Source of the DNA: Squalus acanthias
Taxonomy: Eukaryota
Direction of reading: 5' to 3'
NCBI GenBank assembly: GCA_030390025.1
Contig: CM059432.1
Span: forward strand, 148,926,001-148,990,000
Length of the DNA: 64,000 nucleotides
How positions within the stretch are numbered: the stretch's first letter is position 1; every line of letters begins with the position of its first letter. The position numbers and the translations under genes were made by a program. Of this stretch, positions 51,014 to 62,994 are shown one piece after another. A model generated the notes under the pieces. That model searched no databases. It was not told where the DNA came from and was given only the letters and a program-made list of their open reading frames with translations.

Positions 51014-51713
51014 GGGCCAGAATTTACTGTTGCCAGTGAACAAATGGTGCACGACAAATTTCCATCAGCTTTTGCGCGGCAATTGTTGCAAGTTAAGAGA
51101 TCGAAATGCCACGGCGCCCTCTATAAAACATCTGGGATCTGTGTGAACAGGGCAAGCAACTGTGTATCTCCTTAACCAATCAGATTAAAGAATCGTAAAT
51201 GAACAGCACAGAGTCTGAACCAAGAAGTGCAAGTTAGAATAGTGAATTCAATATTAAATCAGGTACAAAAAGAGGGCAAAAAAGATTGGATTAAGAGAGA
51301 GAAAAGAGAAAGTGTAAAAATCAATTAACTTTTTTTTTTAAATCTCCAACAATTAAAAGCTGAAGAAATGAGATTCCACACTTATAAAGGTCCATTTTCA
51401 GAGGTTGTTTGGCAGTAATTAAGACTTATTATGCCGTTAAAAAGGGCACTTACACTGAAGCGGACAAGCCCCAGCTGTGGCAAGTTTAGTCTCTATCTAC
51501 GATACAAGTACAGGAACTTCATTCTGCTCATTACATTTGAATGGGGAGCCAGACAGTGAGATGCCGTTTGCACGCAGCATCTCGGACGGAAACTTGCAGA
51601 TTTTCGCGTTGAACTTTGCCATTTGCCCCCGCCTGAAGTTTCTGTCTGATGCGCACATAAATAACGGTCAGGGCCTTAAGCCTCACCGTTATTTTTACAG
51701 TAAATTCTGGCCC
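51014..51713. mobile_element. PIF/Harbinger-like MITE, family M1
   Basis: TIRs gggccagaatttactgt / acagtaaattctggccc. 3-bp TSD CAT at 51011-51013 and 51714-51716. Confidence 0.85.
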
Positions 51714-51813
51714 CATGTTTCACTGCAAGCATAGTACTTGCACATCTGTAACCACCAAAAGCTTTCTTTTTACAACATTTTTCATTTAGTTTCTTGACTG
51801 TGATAGACATCAC

Positions 51814-51967
51814 CTCCTAACCCATCAGGACTGTCTGTACTATTTTCTTCATTGTTGAGACTCTGTTGAACCGTTTCTGTATTTTCCATTACAGAGGCTT
51901 CAGCTGTGGGTTCATGCAGATCCTCATTTGTCCCTCCAAGCACCTTCCTTTGCTTTAGTAATGCAAC
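51814..51967 (-). CDS. GOLGA4: GOLGA4 exon, 154 nt, VALLKQRKVLGGTNEDLHEPTAEASVMENTETVQQSLNNEENSTDSPDGLG
   Basis: CAG acceptor ending at 51968. VALLKQR matches human VSLLKQR. The donor AG|GTGATG at 51813 was chosen because it gives the phase 1 required by the next exon. This 3' boundary is the least certain. Confidence 0.8.
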
Positions 51968-53466
51968 CTGTAGATGTAAAATGTTCAATGTTAACAAACT
52001 GAAGTGCACTTCTGACCACGGTCCCCTAAAAAAATGAAGTTCCAAACATTTAAACACAATTTCCTTAAACTGTAAATATGAAAAGAAGGGCGAGAAAACG
52101 TCCAGCAGGCACATCAATGGTTACCCTATCCATTAAGCAGTGCAGTCTTGTGCCCCACTCTCCCCAATCACTAGTAATGCAACCCCTGAGGAGGCAAGGG
52201 CCAATTTCAGGAAAGATTCTGGGGCTGCTGACAGTGATTACACCTGTAAGAGTGGCTGGATAAGCATCAAAATGACACTTAAGTCATAGCTCAGATTTTT
52301 TGCAGGTCATAAAAACCTATATCAAGATTTATATAAAGAATTATTGGTCAGTGCCTTGTTGAATAAATTGAGATACAAAATTCAACATTTCAACTAAGTC
52401 TGGTTAAAATCAAATTAGAACATTTAATTAAGTGGTAATGCTAATATAGTTGCAACAAGATATAACTTTGTAAATAGATCGGCATTTTATGCAAAACTAT
52501 GAGAACTGAAGCTTTTTTTTTAAATTCAGTTATCAAACTAAATATTGCTTGGTATTGCACTGGTGGTAAGTAATGCAGCCACAACATACAATGGCACAGT
52601 CACGAGATATGTTGGTTTAATCTCTCATGCCATTAGGGTTCGAAGCTCAGCCAAGCTGATGCAGGGCGGTGGAGAGAGCTGATTATGTGTGTGCCCATTG
52701 AGCACTGTGGAAACTAGATGAGGAGCCTCCAGTTTGCTGCAGCCAGTCAAGACCAACATCAGTGATGTCTGGGAGAAAACTGCCAGCTTAATCTCAGACC
52801 CAGGAATTCATGTCCACATCGTACAAGACAGAGCTTCAAAAATTCAATAATTACAAAAGTTACTTCAAATAAGAGAGAGACAACAATTATTGTACATGTG
52901 AATTAAAACACAGATGGAGGTCAGTTAAGGAGCAGTTGTGAAACTAAACTGAAACAATTAAATGTCGACGGAGCGCACAAACCAGACAGGATACAGAGAA
53001 AGACCTGATTATCAAACATAACCTTGTGTGCAAATCAAGTGGTTTTAATAAAAAAAACACATTATGGAAAGTTACTTACAAACTTTTGTTAAAATAAAAG
53101 TACATTTTTAACTTACTATGGTTATAAAGTAATATTTATACATCTATCCATCCAATATTACATCAAAAAATCAACTAATCACCATTGTACGAGTGACTCA
53201 TCTCCTGACTCCCCAAAACCGTTCCACCATCTACAAGGCACAAGTCAGGAGTGTGATGGAATACTCTCCACTTGCCTGGATGAGTACAGCTCCAACAACA
53301 CAAGATTCCGTCCCATTATGCACCTGTAGCTTCTGAGTTTAAAGACTGAACACTTAAATCAAGCCACTGAAGCCTGGACAGCAAAATCACTTGCCTGCAA
53401 TGGTTACAAAAATGTTTTAACCGGCTTGGCATATAGTTAAGATACGCACATGCTGTGCCCTTCTAC

Positions 53467-53565
53467 CTGTGTCTGTAGAACACCAATAAGTTGGTCTTTC
53501 TCCTCCAGGGCTGCTTCAAACTCATCCTGAATATGTTTCTTCGCTTGTTGATCCATTTTTAGTTC
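53467..53565 (-). CDS. GOLGA4: GOLGA4 exon, 99 nt, ELKMDQQAKKHIQDEFEAALEEKDQLIGVLQTQ
   Basis: TAG acceptor ending at 53566, GTAGA donor from 53466, phase 0-0. Matches human ELQMDQQAKKHLQEEFDASLEEKDQ. Confidence 0.96.
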
Positions 53566-53787
53566 CTAAGAATTTAACAAAGAAAGCTTCATTGAGACAC
53601 AGAATTAGCTTTTTTCTGGTGTTTCAACAAGACTTAGTGAAATTGTAATACTCTGTTATTTCAAGTCTTAGCATGTGTAATACAGAGAAGGTGGAAAGGA
53701 AAGCACAGGTGGCACTGACACTAGAAGCAAAAGCTAGAGATGCCATCAATAGGAGAGCCAAAGATTCAATCCCCTTCTCCTCCCAAT

Positions 53788-55487
53788 TTTTTTTTATTCG
53801 TTCATGGGATCTGGGCGTCGCTGGCAAGTCCAGCATTTATTGCCCATCTCTAGTTGCCCTTGAGAAGGTGGTGGTGAGCCACCTTCTTGAACCGCTGCAG
53901 TCCGTGTGGTGAAGGTACTTCCACAGTGGTGTTAGGGAGGGGGTTCCAGGATTTTGACCCAGCGACGATGAAGGAACGGCGATATACTTCCAAGTCAGGA
54001 TAGTGTGTGACTTGGAGGGGAACTTAGAGGTGATGGTGTTCCCATGCGCATGCTGCCTTTGTCCTTCTAGGTGGTAGAGGTCGTGGGTTTGGAAGGTGGT
54101 TTCGAAGAAGCCTTGGCGAGTTGCTGCAGTGCATCTTGTAGATGGTACACACTGCAGCCACGGTACGCCGGTGGTGGAGGGAGTGAATGTTTCAGGTGGT
54201 GGATGGGGTGCCAATCAAGCGGGCTGCTTTGTCTTGGATGGTGTCAAGCTTCTTGAGTGTTGTTGGAACTGCGCTCATCCAGGCAAGTGGAGAGTATTCC
54301 ATCACACTCCTGACTTGTGCCTTGTAGATGGCGGAAAGGCTTTGGGGAGTCAGGAGGTGAGACACTCGCCGCAGAATACCCAGCCTCTGGCCTGCTCTTG
54401 TTGCCACAGTATTTATGTGGCTGGTCCAGTTAAGTTTCTGGTCAATGGTGACCCCCAGAATGTTGATGGTGGGGGATTCGGCGATGGTAATGCCATTGAC
54501 TGTCAAGGGGAGGTGGTTAGACTCTCACTTGTTGGAGATAGTCATTGCCTGGCACTTCTGTGGCGCGAATGTTACCTGCCACTTATCAGCCCAAGCCTGA
54601 ATGTCGTCCAGGTCTTGTTGCATGCGGGTATGTACTGCTTCATTATCTGAGGAATTGTGAATGTGCACTGAACACTGTGCAGTCATCAGCGAACATCCCC
54701 ATTTCTGACCTTATGTTGGAGGGAAGGTCATTGATGAAGCAGCTGAAGATGGTTGGGCCGCGGACACTGCCTGAGGAACTCCTGCAGCGATGTCCTGGGG
54801 CTGTGATGATTGACCTCCAACCACCACAACCATCTTCCTTTTTGCAAGGTATGACTCCAGCCATTGGAGAGTTTCCCCCCCACCGATTCCCATTGACTTC
54901 AGTTTTACAGGGGCTCCTTGATGCCACACTCGGTCAAATGCTGCTTTGATGTCCAGGGCAGTCACTCTCACCTCCCCTCTGGAATTCAGCTCCTTTATCC
55001 ATGTTTGGACCAAGGCTGTAATGAGGTCTGGAGCCGAGTTGTCTTGGCGGAACCCAAACTGGGCATCAGTGAGCAGGTTATTGGTGAGTAAGTGCCGCTT
55101 GATAGCACTGTCGACGACACCTTCCATCACTTTGCTGATGATTGACAGTAGACTGATGGGGCAGTAATTGGCCGGATTGGATTTGTCCTGCTTTTTGTGG
55201 ACATGACATACCAGGGCAGTTTTCCATATTGTCGGATAGATGCCAGTGTTGCAGCTGTACTGGAACAGCTTGGCTAGAGGCGCGGCTAGTTCTGGAGCAC
55301 AAGTCTTCAGTACGACAGCCGGGATGTTGTCGGGGCCCATAGCCTTTGCTGTATCCAGTGCGCTCAGCCGTTTCTTGATATCACGTGGAGTGAATCGAAT
55401 TGGCTGAAGACTGGCTTCTGTGATGGTGGGGACCTCAGGATGAGGTCGACTACTCGGCACTTCTAGCTGAAGATGGTTGCAAACGCA
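53788..55487 (-). mobile_element. CR1/L2-group LINE family B (RT to 3' poly-A)
   Basis: KAMGPDNIPAVVLKTCAPELAAPL, AQFGFRQ, LDIKAAFDRVWHQG, FADD, LGVTIDQKLNW. Confidence 0.92.
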
Positions 55488-56007
55488 GGTCTCAACCCCA
55501 CTGCTGTACAGCGAAAGGCGAAAAGAGATGGAGCCATTTGGAAGCATGTGATTGGCACAGAAACAGTCACATTCACACCCAAGACTTGGAGCAGGTGACT
55601 ACCCTGTCATGCTCAGTCACAGGTGTGAGAGTTAGCAATGTCTGTGCAGTGAGAAAATAAACATAAGATAGACAATCTATCCGAGTTCATCCACCCAGAA
55701 AGATCCGATTTCCACTCCCACAATCCGAGCATCTAATTGTTCGAGGGTGTTTGCCTCCACTACTTAATCTCTAAAGTCTATTCCACGTGTTTATTGCTCT
55801 TAATATAAACAACTTCCTGACACAAACCCAAAATTTACATTTTACTCGATTCAGCCCATATGCTCCACTTATTTTACTGCCACATTCAGTTTGAATTAGT
55901 GTTCCAGATCTACTTTTTCTGCACCATTTGATACCTTACACACCTATAGATGGTCACCTCTCAATCGCCTCCTTTCAAGTTGTGTGTGTCTTTCCTCATA
56001 ACACAGT

Positions 56008-57790
56008 CATAGCAACATAGGAACAGGAGTACGTCATCAAGTCCTTCGAGCCTATTCCACTATTCAAATACATCATCGCTGATGTGCATCGTAACTCCAT
56101 CTATCCGCCTTGGTTCCATAACCTTTAATACCCTGGCCTAATGAAAATCTAACATATCAGTTTTGAAACTTTCAATTGACCTTGATTCAACAGCTTTTGG
56201 GGGCAGAGTTCCAGATTTCCAATACCCTTTGTGTGCAGAAGTGCTTCCTGAGATGACCCCTGCCTAGCTCTAATCTTAAGGTTATGCCCCCTTGTTCTGG
56301 AGGGAATAGTTCCTCTCTATCTATCCTATCAAGTCCTTTAATCATTTTGAACACTTCAATTAGATCACCCCTTAATCATTTATACTCAAGGGAATAGAAG
56401 CCAAGTCTGTGCAACCTGTCCTCATAATTTAACCCTTTACTCGCAGGTCTCATTCTGGTGAATCTGCACTGCACCCCCTTCAAGGCCAATACATCCTTCC
56501 TGAGAAGCTGTGCCCAGAACTGAATGCAGTACTCTAAATGGGGTCCTACCAGAGCTTTATATAACTGTAACATAATTTCCACTCCTTTGTATTTAAGACC
56601 CCTTGAGATAAAAGTCAACATTCCATTAGACATTTTTTTTTAAATTACATGTCTTCTAGCCTATAGTGATTTCTGTACTTGGACTCAAAATCTCTCTGCT
56701 TCCCTCCACAGTTCCTAGCTTCTCACCATTCAGAAAGTACTCTGACCTACCTTTCCAAGTGGATGACGTCACATATCCCCACACTGAACTCCATCTGCCA
56801 GAGTTTTGCCCAATCACTTAATCTATCAATGTCATTTTGCATCTTTCTGCTCCTATCTACACATGGCCACATAGCAGGTCAGAAGCTGGGCATTCTGCAG
56901 CGAATGACTCACCTCCCGACTCCCCAAAGCCTTTCCACCACCTACAAGGCACAAGTCAGGAGTGTGATGGAATACTCTCCACTTGCCTGGATGAGTGCAG
57001 CTCCAATAACACTCAAGAAGCTCGACACCATCCAGGACAAAGCAGCCCGCTTGATTGGCACCCCATCCACCACCTTAAACATTCACTCCCTCCACCACTG
57101 GCGGAATGTGTCTGCAATGTGTATCATCTACAAGATGCACTGCAGCAACTCGCCAAGGCTTCTTCGAAACCACCTCCCAAACCCGCGACCTTCACCATCG
57201 AGAAGGACAAGGACAGCAGGTGCATGGGAACACCACCACTTCCAATTCCCCTCCAAGTCACACACCATCCTGACTTGGAAGTATATCACCGTTCTTTCAT
57301 CATCGCTGGGTCAAAATCCTGGAACTCCCTCCCTAACAGCACTGTGGGAGTACCTTCACCACACGGACTGCAGCGGTTCAAGGCGGTGACTCACCACCAC
57401 CTCCTTCTCGAGGGCAATAAATGCTGGCCTTGCCAGCGACGCCCACATCCCGTGAATGGATAAATAAAAACACTATTTATTGTTCTATTTAACTTCGTAT
57501 CAGCAGCAAACTTGGATATACGATTCTCTATTTCTTCATCGAAGTAATTTAACAAGATACTGAAAAACTGAGGCCCCAGTAGTGTCGGGCACCACGAGTC
57601 ACATCCTACCAAAATGAGTACATAACCATTACCCCATCTCTCCATCTCCTAACTCCTAACCAATTCCCTACCCATATCAACAGGTTGCTCCAATTCCAGG
57701 CGCTCTCATTTGTGTTAATAGTTTCATGTGGAACCTTGTCGAATGCCTTCTGGAAGTCCATATAAACAACATCCACGGACACTCATATTT
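56008..57790 (-). mobile_element. CR1 fragment interrupted by a family-B insertion
   Basis: LYKALVGPHLEYCIQFW (56376-56633) and ISKFAADTKL (57391-57645). Confidence 0.8.
56866..57470 (+). mobile_element. LINE family B 3' fragment nested in CR1
   Basis: GQKLGILQRMTHLPTPQSLSTTYKAQVRSVMEYSPLAW, ending gataaataaaaa. Confidence 0.88.
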
Positions 57791-59129
57791 GTCCAAGTGC
57801 TCATTCACACTGCCCCTAATAATAGAGCTCTTATGTTAGGATCAGTGGCTCTTTGAACCACTTCTGAAAACTAAATCATTCCCATGTGACCAGAACTGGA
57901 CACTCTACTCAGGGTGTGGTCTAACCAGAGCACTATACAATTTGAGCATCAGCTCCTCAGACTTGCACTTGATCTTTTGGCCATGTAGTTCAGCGTTTTA
58001 TTTGTTTTGTTGATTGCTGCTTCAGAAATTTTGACAAACTAATTTTGTAAAAACTTGTTCCAAATTTATCCGAAGGTAGAAACACAATTCCTGGAATATT
58101 TATGTTACCCTTTTTTCCCTTCCTATGTGCAGCAATTTGCACTGTGTATATGAAATTTTATTTGCCACTGCTCCACTCACTTAAATATTTTGCAGTCCCT
58201 GAGCTGCCTCCTCAGATTTATTTGTCACTCCTAGTTTTCGATCACTGAACTTGACCAGTTTGCACTGAACATCTGAATGCAAAACGTTAATGTAAATTAG
58301 AAACATTCTAAACATTGATCCCTGAGGCACCAGAATCACCACTCCCCCTCTCCACCATTACATAACTCAACTAACAAGTACTCACTACTTCCTATGCGTC
58401 AGCCAATTTTTTATTAATCCAAAGAAAACTTACTGCACTGGGTATTAAATATATCCCTTTCAGCCTGTCACAAAGTCCAAGGACACAGCTTCACATAACG
58501 AATCCAACACATGATGACATCATCACTCCACTGGAGGAGTGACACTGAACACAAACTAAGCCCTTCCCCACAGGAGAAAACAGCAAGACGGAAAGCCACC
58601 TCTGATCATCCTGATGGCAGCATGTTTCAAAGCAGCACTGACGGAGGCCTGGGAACAACTGCCCACCATCTTTTGTGCTGAGAATAGTGTGTGACGTTGG
58701 AAACTCGAAGAGCAGAAAATACCTGAAAGCAATGGATTTGGTGCTGCCTTGCTGGCTCAGTAGTTAATCACACAGTATAGTGCTGAGCCATGCACAAACA
58801 GGAAGGGCTCCCAGGTTTGATCCCGGATAGCTGATCTCAGCTGGATCACTATGCAAGCAACACCATTAGGGGTAGGGATGGATAAAATAAAAGTCTGCCA
58901 GCGCTCCAGCTCCAGCTCACGATCCAATGAGCCTGCTAGAAAGGATTTGTGCACATGAGGATTGGATTGGGCTCAGCTGTGCTGGATTCACAAAAGAAAG
59001 GCCTCTTGGGAGAGGTACTGGAGAGCTGTCAGCCCCCATGGACCAACAAGTTGCATTTATGTAACACCTTCAATGTTTCTTTTAAAAAAAAACAGCTCCA
59101 ACGCATTTCTTGGAGAGAGGTATTGAAAG

Positions 59130-59440
59130 AACAATTTTGCATTTACAGAGCACCTTTCACAATTTCAGGATATCCCGAAGTGCATTGCAGCCAATGAAGT
59201 ACTCTTGACATGTTGTCGCTGTTGTAATTTCGGGAAACGCAGCAGTCCCTTGAGCACAGTAAGGTCCCACCAATAGCAATGAGATAAATGACCAGATAAT
59301 CTGCTTCAATGATGTTGGTTGAGGAATAAATATCGGCAAGGACACCAGGAGAACGCTCCTACTCTTTTAGGAATCGTGCCATGGGATCTTCTCCGTTCAC
59401 CTGAGACAGGGCCTGTGTTTAATGTCTCATCCAAAAGATG
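59130..59440 (-). mobile_element. Deu-domain SINE fragment
   Basis: Reverse-complement similarity to 21380-21670 (gtgccatgggatctt, tttaatgtctcatccaaaagatg). Confidence 0.7.
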
Positions 59441-59444
59441 ACAG

Positions 59445-60000
59445 ATAAGGAGAGGTAGATAAGGGAACAGGTGCAAAGCAATGAAGGGAGAGATTTGGAT
59501 GATTGATCAAAAGATGGGTCAAAAAGATGGGTGCTGTGAAAGTTTTTGGAAAAGGTAGAGAGAGAAAAGTGGCGAGGTGGAAGGGTTTAGGGAGACCAAG
59601 GGTACAGGCAAGCAGTTAAAGGCTATGCCACCAATGGTCGGGCAAAGGGAGGGGAGGATGTATAGAAGGCCAGAGTCTGAGGATTAAACAATGTAGGATA
59701 AGGTATTGGACTTAAGAAGCTTGCAAAGAGAGAATGTGTGAAGGTCACAAAGGGATCTGTGGATGAAGAGGACAATTTTAAATGTAATGCAGATGGGGAC
59801 AGGAACCAATGTAGATCAGCAAGGAAGGTGATGGGTGACCAGAATTTGGTGCAGAACAGAATACAATGGGTTAAACTTTGAAGAAATTAGAGCTTCTGGA
59901 GGGTAAAGGATGGGAGGTCAGCAAGAAGATCATTGGAGTAATCGAGTCTGGAGGTGACAAAAGCATGGATAAGGCTTTTAGCAGTGGTAAGACTAATGTA
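59445..60000 (-). mobile_element. Old L2-like LINE fragment
   Basis: AKSLIHAFVTSRLDYSNDLLADLP remnant. Confidence 0.72.
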
Positions 60001-60590
60001 GGGACTGGGGCAATTATTCTGTCGTCGTGGTGCCCTCTCTTGTAGTGATATTTGTCCTGGTGGCGTTAACTCCACTGGCTCAGATTCAAAAGGGAGCCTA
60101 GCTTTTCTCCCATCTGTTGCTTATGCAGCATTCAGCATTGTTGTATTTTTCCTATAACTTGGGTGCATCTCAGTCTTACCTAAGCAATGCATCCACCTAT
60201 TTATACAGAACTACATTGATAAAACAGCTAAATTTGCTGTTCCTGATTTAATCCCATGTGGTGGCTAGTCAAAGTGCAGTGATACTAATCCATGCTTCTG
60301 TATGTAACTGAAAGCCTTTTCTCGCCCTTTTATTAAGGTTTTCATTGGCGATGGGAGCAAAGGTACGCATCAGCAGTTTGATGAGCTGTCCTAGAACTGC
60401 TCCTGGCTATATCCTGCACTGCAAGCTGTTACGCGTGAGTACAGTTAGGTGACACAAGGTGAAAGCATGTCTTGAGCTGTTCCCCAATCAAGCTTTTTAC
60501 TAGCTGTGAATGCATCATGTTCCCACAAATACAGCTTTTTTGTAATCTGTAGGTGCATAAAATATTTCCATGAGCTGCAGAAGCAGTATA

Positions 60591-61009
60591 CAGGAAACTT
60601 TCGTTTATCCGGCACCCAAATATCCGGAATTCTCGCTTAACCAGCAAAAATCATCCTCCGAAAACTCCTCTCAAATAACCGGCAATGTTGCCGAGTCGCA
60701 GTCGAGTCTCCGCGAACACCGAGTGCTCCGAAAAATCCTCTCAAATAACCGGCAATGTTGCCGATCCCGAGTCCGAGTCCGCGAACGCCGATTTAGTCAG
60801 TAGGGGTACTTTTCAAAAGTGCCACTACTCGGCCTCCTGGCGCTGTCGCAAGTCCGAAACATTGCAGTAGCAGGAGTAGATTCTCCCGTGCTGCTTGGAG
60901 TCTCTTTGTTAAAAATAGCCTTGGTAGATATAACTCTCTGTTATCCGGTACTTTCGATAAACCGGCACCACGCCGGTCCCGTCGATGCCGGATAAACGAA
61001 AGTTTCCTG
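60591..61009. mobile_element. Tc1/mariner (pogo/Tigger-like) MITE
   Basis: Perfect 24-bp TIRs CAGGAAACTTTCGTTTATCCGGCA / TGCCGGATAAACGAAAGTTTCCTG, with TA TSD on both sides. Confidence 0.92.
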
Positions 61010-61576
61010 TAGTTGAATACACAAAAGTGTGTTTCTGAAGGGCCGATTTCTATCAGCCAACATCATGGTTTAGAGCGAGGTTGTGTAGGGGGGACGGGGG
61101 GAGTTGACATCGCAGTAAAAGTACATCATCACTGAAATTTGCATATCCTGTGTACTCTGACCGAATAGTCTCAATGTTACAGGTAACACTGGGGTGTTGC
61201 GCAACCAAAACTGTAGATACAGTATACCGTATGCATTCAATGCACAGCTCTACATCAGCTGTCATCAAATGATTTTTTACTCCACTGAAATTTTAGTACA
61301 CAACTACACCTTGTTTCAAGGCAAAGAAAACGTCATGCAAATAATTTTGTCTTAGATTTTTTTTTAATCTAATTCCCTTGTGCAACCTTCCCTTTGACCC
61401 CCAGTCCAATCAACATTAAAAAAAAACAAAGAATTTTTTTCATGTACTTCAGTTTTATTCACAACACCTTCTTCGACTAGTACTTGGCTAAAATTTACGA
61501 CCAGCAGTGGCTGCTGTAAATAATATTGTGAGAAGTCGCACAACACCAGGTTATAGTCCAACAGCTTTATTTGAAA

Positions 61577-61613
61577 TCACAAGCTTTCAGAGCGCTGCTC
61601 CTTCGTCAGGTGA
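61577..61613 (-). ncRNA. Minimal type I hammerhead ribozyme motif (G-U pair at base of stem II)
   Basis: Minus strand UCAC-CUGACGA-A-GGAGC-AGC-GCUCU-GAAA-GC-UU-GUGA. Confidence 0.62.
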
Positions 61614-61743
61614 AGTGAAGAGATGCATATAGGCACAGTTTATATAGTCAGAGATGTGATAAAGGGCAGTTGGAAAGATTAACTGTAATCATCTGGCAGT
61701 GTTCTCTGACTATATAAACTGTGCCTATATGCATCTCTTCACT

Positions 61744-61780
61744 TCACCTGACGAAGGAGCAGCGCTCCGAAAGCTTGTGA
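61744..61780 (+). ncRNA. Minimal type I hammerhead ribozyme motif
   Basis: tcac-ctgacga-a-ggagc-agc-gctcc-gaaa-gc-tt-gtga, preceded by tatataaa and followed by aataaa. Confidence 0.75.
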
Positions 61781-62069
61781 TTTCAAATAAAGCTGTTGGA
61801 CTATAACCTGGTGTTGTGCGACTTCTCATATTTGTCCACCCCAGTCCAACACCGGCATCTCCACATCGTAAATAATATTGATACATTTATTGTTCTTTTC
61901 CCAAATAAAAGTGCCAGCCAATACAAACTAACCGCATCTGAAAGAGGACATAAAAATTAAAAGGAGGACTTCAGAAGTTTCAGAATATTTGGTCACCCTC
62001 TAATTTTATGTGGTTTAACGGCACAATAGACAAACAATGCAGCTTAATTCAAAACGTGCAGGGTCTTAC

Positions 62070-62126
62070 CTCACGTAATTCTCCAATCCTACGCAGGGCT
62101 TTATCCTGACCCTGACTCAAAACTAC
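62070..62126 (-). CDS. GOLGA4: GOLGA4 exon, 57 nt, VVLSQGQDKALRRIGELRE
   Basis: TAG acceptor ending at 62127, GTAAG donor from 62069, phase 0-0. Matches human GILSQSQDKSLRRIAELRE. Confidence 0.95.
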
Positions 62127-62810
62127 CTAAAAGCAGTGGGTAGAAAATATTTTAGAATCAATGTACAGGATATGCAGATATAAACAGTTTCACGAATTAA
62201 CTATTCTCCATTTTGGATTTCTCTATGTTGAAGCAAGCTGTATTTTTCCTCGTCGTTTTTAACATTCCTATGCACAATAAGATTGTTAAATAACAGGGTT
62301 TAAGTAAAATAGTAAAATGAAGTTGTGCTTTTGAATATTTCATTGTACATAATATTTAACTGTTGGGCTGTAAAATAATTTATACTTACAATTTAGGTCA
62401 TTTTTTCATTGATGTTTTACAAGCATGCTTCTCACAAAACTATGTATGTGTTATGACAGACAAATTATCAACGCATAAGTCAGTAATGTCACACGTGACT
62501 GACTCAGAACAGGCTTACCGAAGCAGAGACTAAGTAGATACAAAAGTTCTGAAAACTATGCTCTGCAGCTTCATCTGCCTTACGTGGTTACAGAGTAAGG
62601 TTGATTGATTTGACTGCAAAATTTGCACTGCGGTTTTTAACTGCAATCAAACCAAGTCAGATTTCTCACCACTGAACTCTATTAAGCTGAGAGCATTTCT
62701 TGCAAGAGCTACCTCTGCAGATTTCATCACACACTATTCTTTGCGCATTCCAAGTACTGCATGTAATATTAACATTTAAACTACTGAAGAAAGATGGTCT
62801 CATTAAAAGC

Positions 62811-62994
62811 TGAGAAGTCGCACAACACTAGGTTATAGTCCAACAGCTTTATTTGAAATCACAAGCTTTCGGAGCACTGCTCCTTCGTCAGGTGAAGTCA
62901 CCTGTGATTTCAAATAAAGCTGTTGGACTATAACCTGGTGTTGTGCGACTTCTCACATTTGTCCACCCCAGTCCAACACCGGCATCTCCACATC
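62811..62994. mobile_element. Short Penelope-like inverted pseudo-LTR insertion, family P1
   Basis: Inverted arms at ~62811-62863 and 62903-62955, 39-nt tail, and TSD ATTAAAAGC at 62802-62810 and 62995-63003 (longer if microhomologies are counted). Confidence 0.88.
62859..62895 (-). ncRNA. Minimal type I hammerhead ribozyme motif
   Basis: Minus strand UCAC-CUGACGA-A-GGAGC-AGU-GCUCC-GAAA-GC-UU-GUGA. Confidence 0.72.

Larger units (their letters stand above)
61529..61867. mobile_element. Penelope-like palindromic pseudo-LTR insertion, family P1
   Basis: 126-bp inverted arms at 61529-61654 and 61703-61828 (1 mismatch), 39-nt tail, and 13-bp TSD GTAAATAATATTG at 61516-61528 and 61868-61880. Confidence 0.9.

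Noticed and set aside
58750..59040. Possible additional old SINE (also 36290-36540 and 30540-30750)
   Set aside because: SINE-like head is visible but too decayed to assign a family or boundaries confidently.
60656..60791. Repeat-spacer-like pattern suggesting CRISPR
   Set aside because: Only two units, with similar 'spacers', inside a TA-flanked MITE in vertebrate DNA.
61529..61828. Long palindromes as pre-miRNAs, MITEs or assembly artefacts
   Set aside because: One-sided tails, variable 9-15-bp TSDs, arm mismatches and recurrence at several loci fit PLE inverted pseudo-LTRs better.
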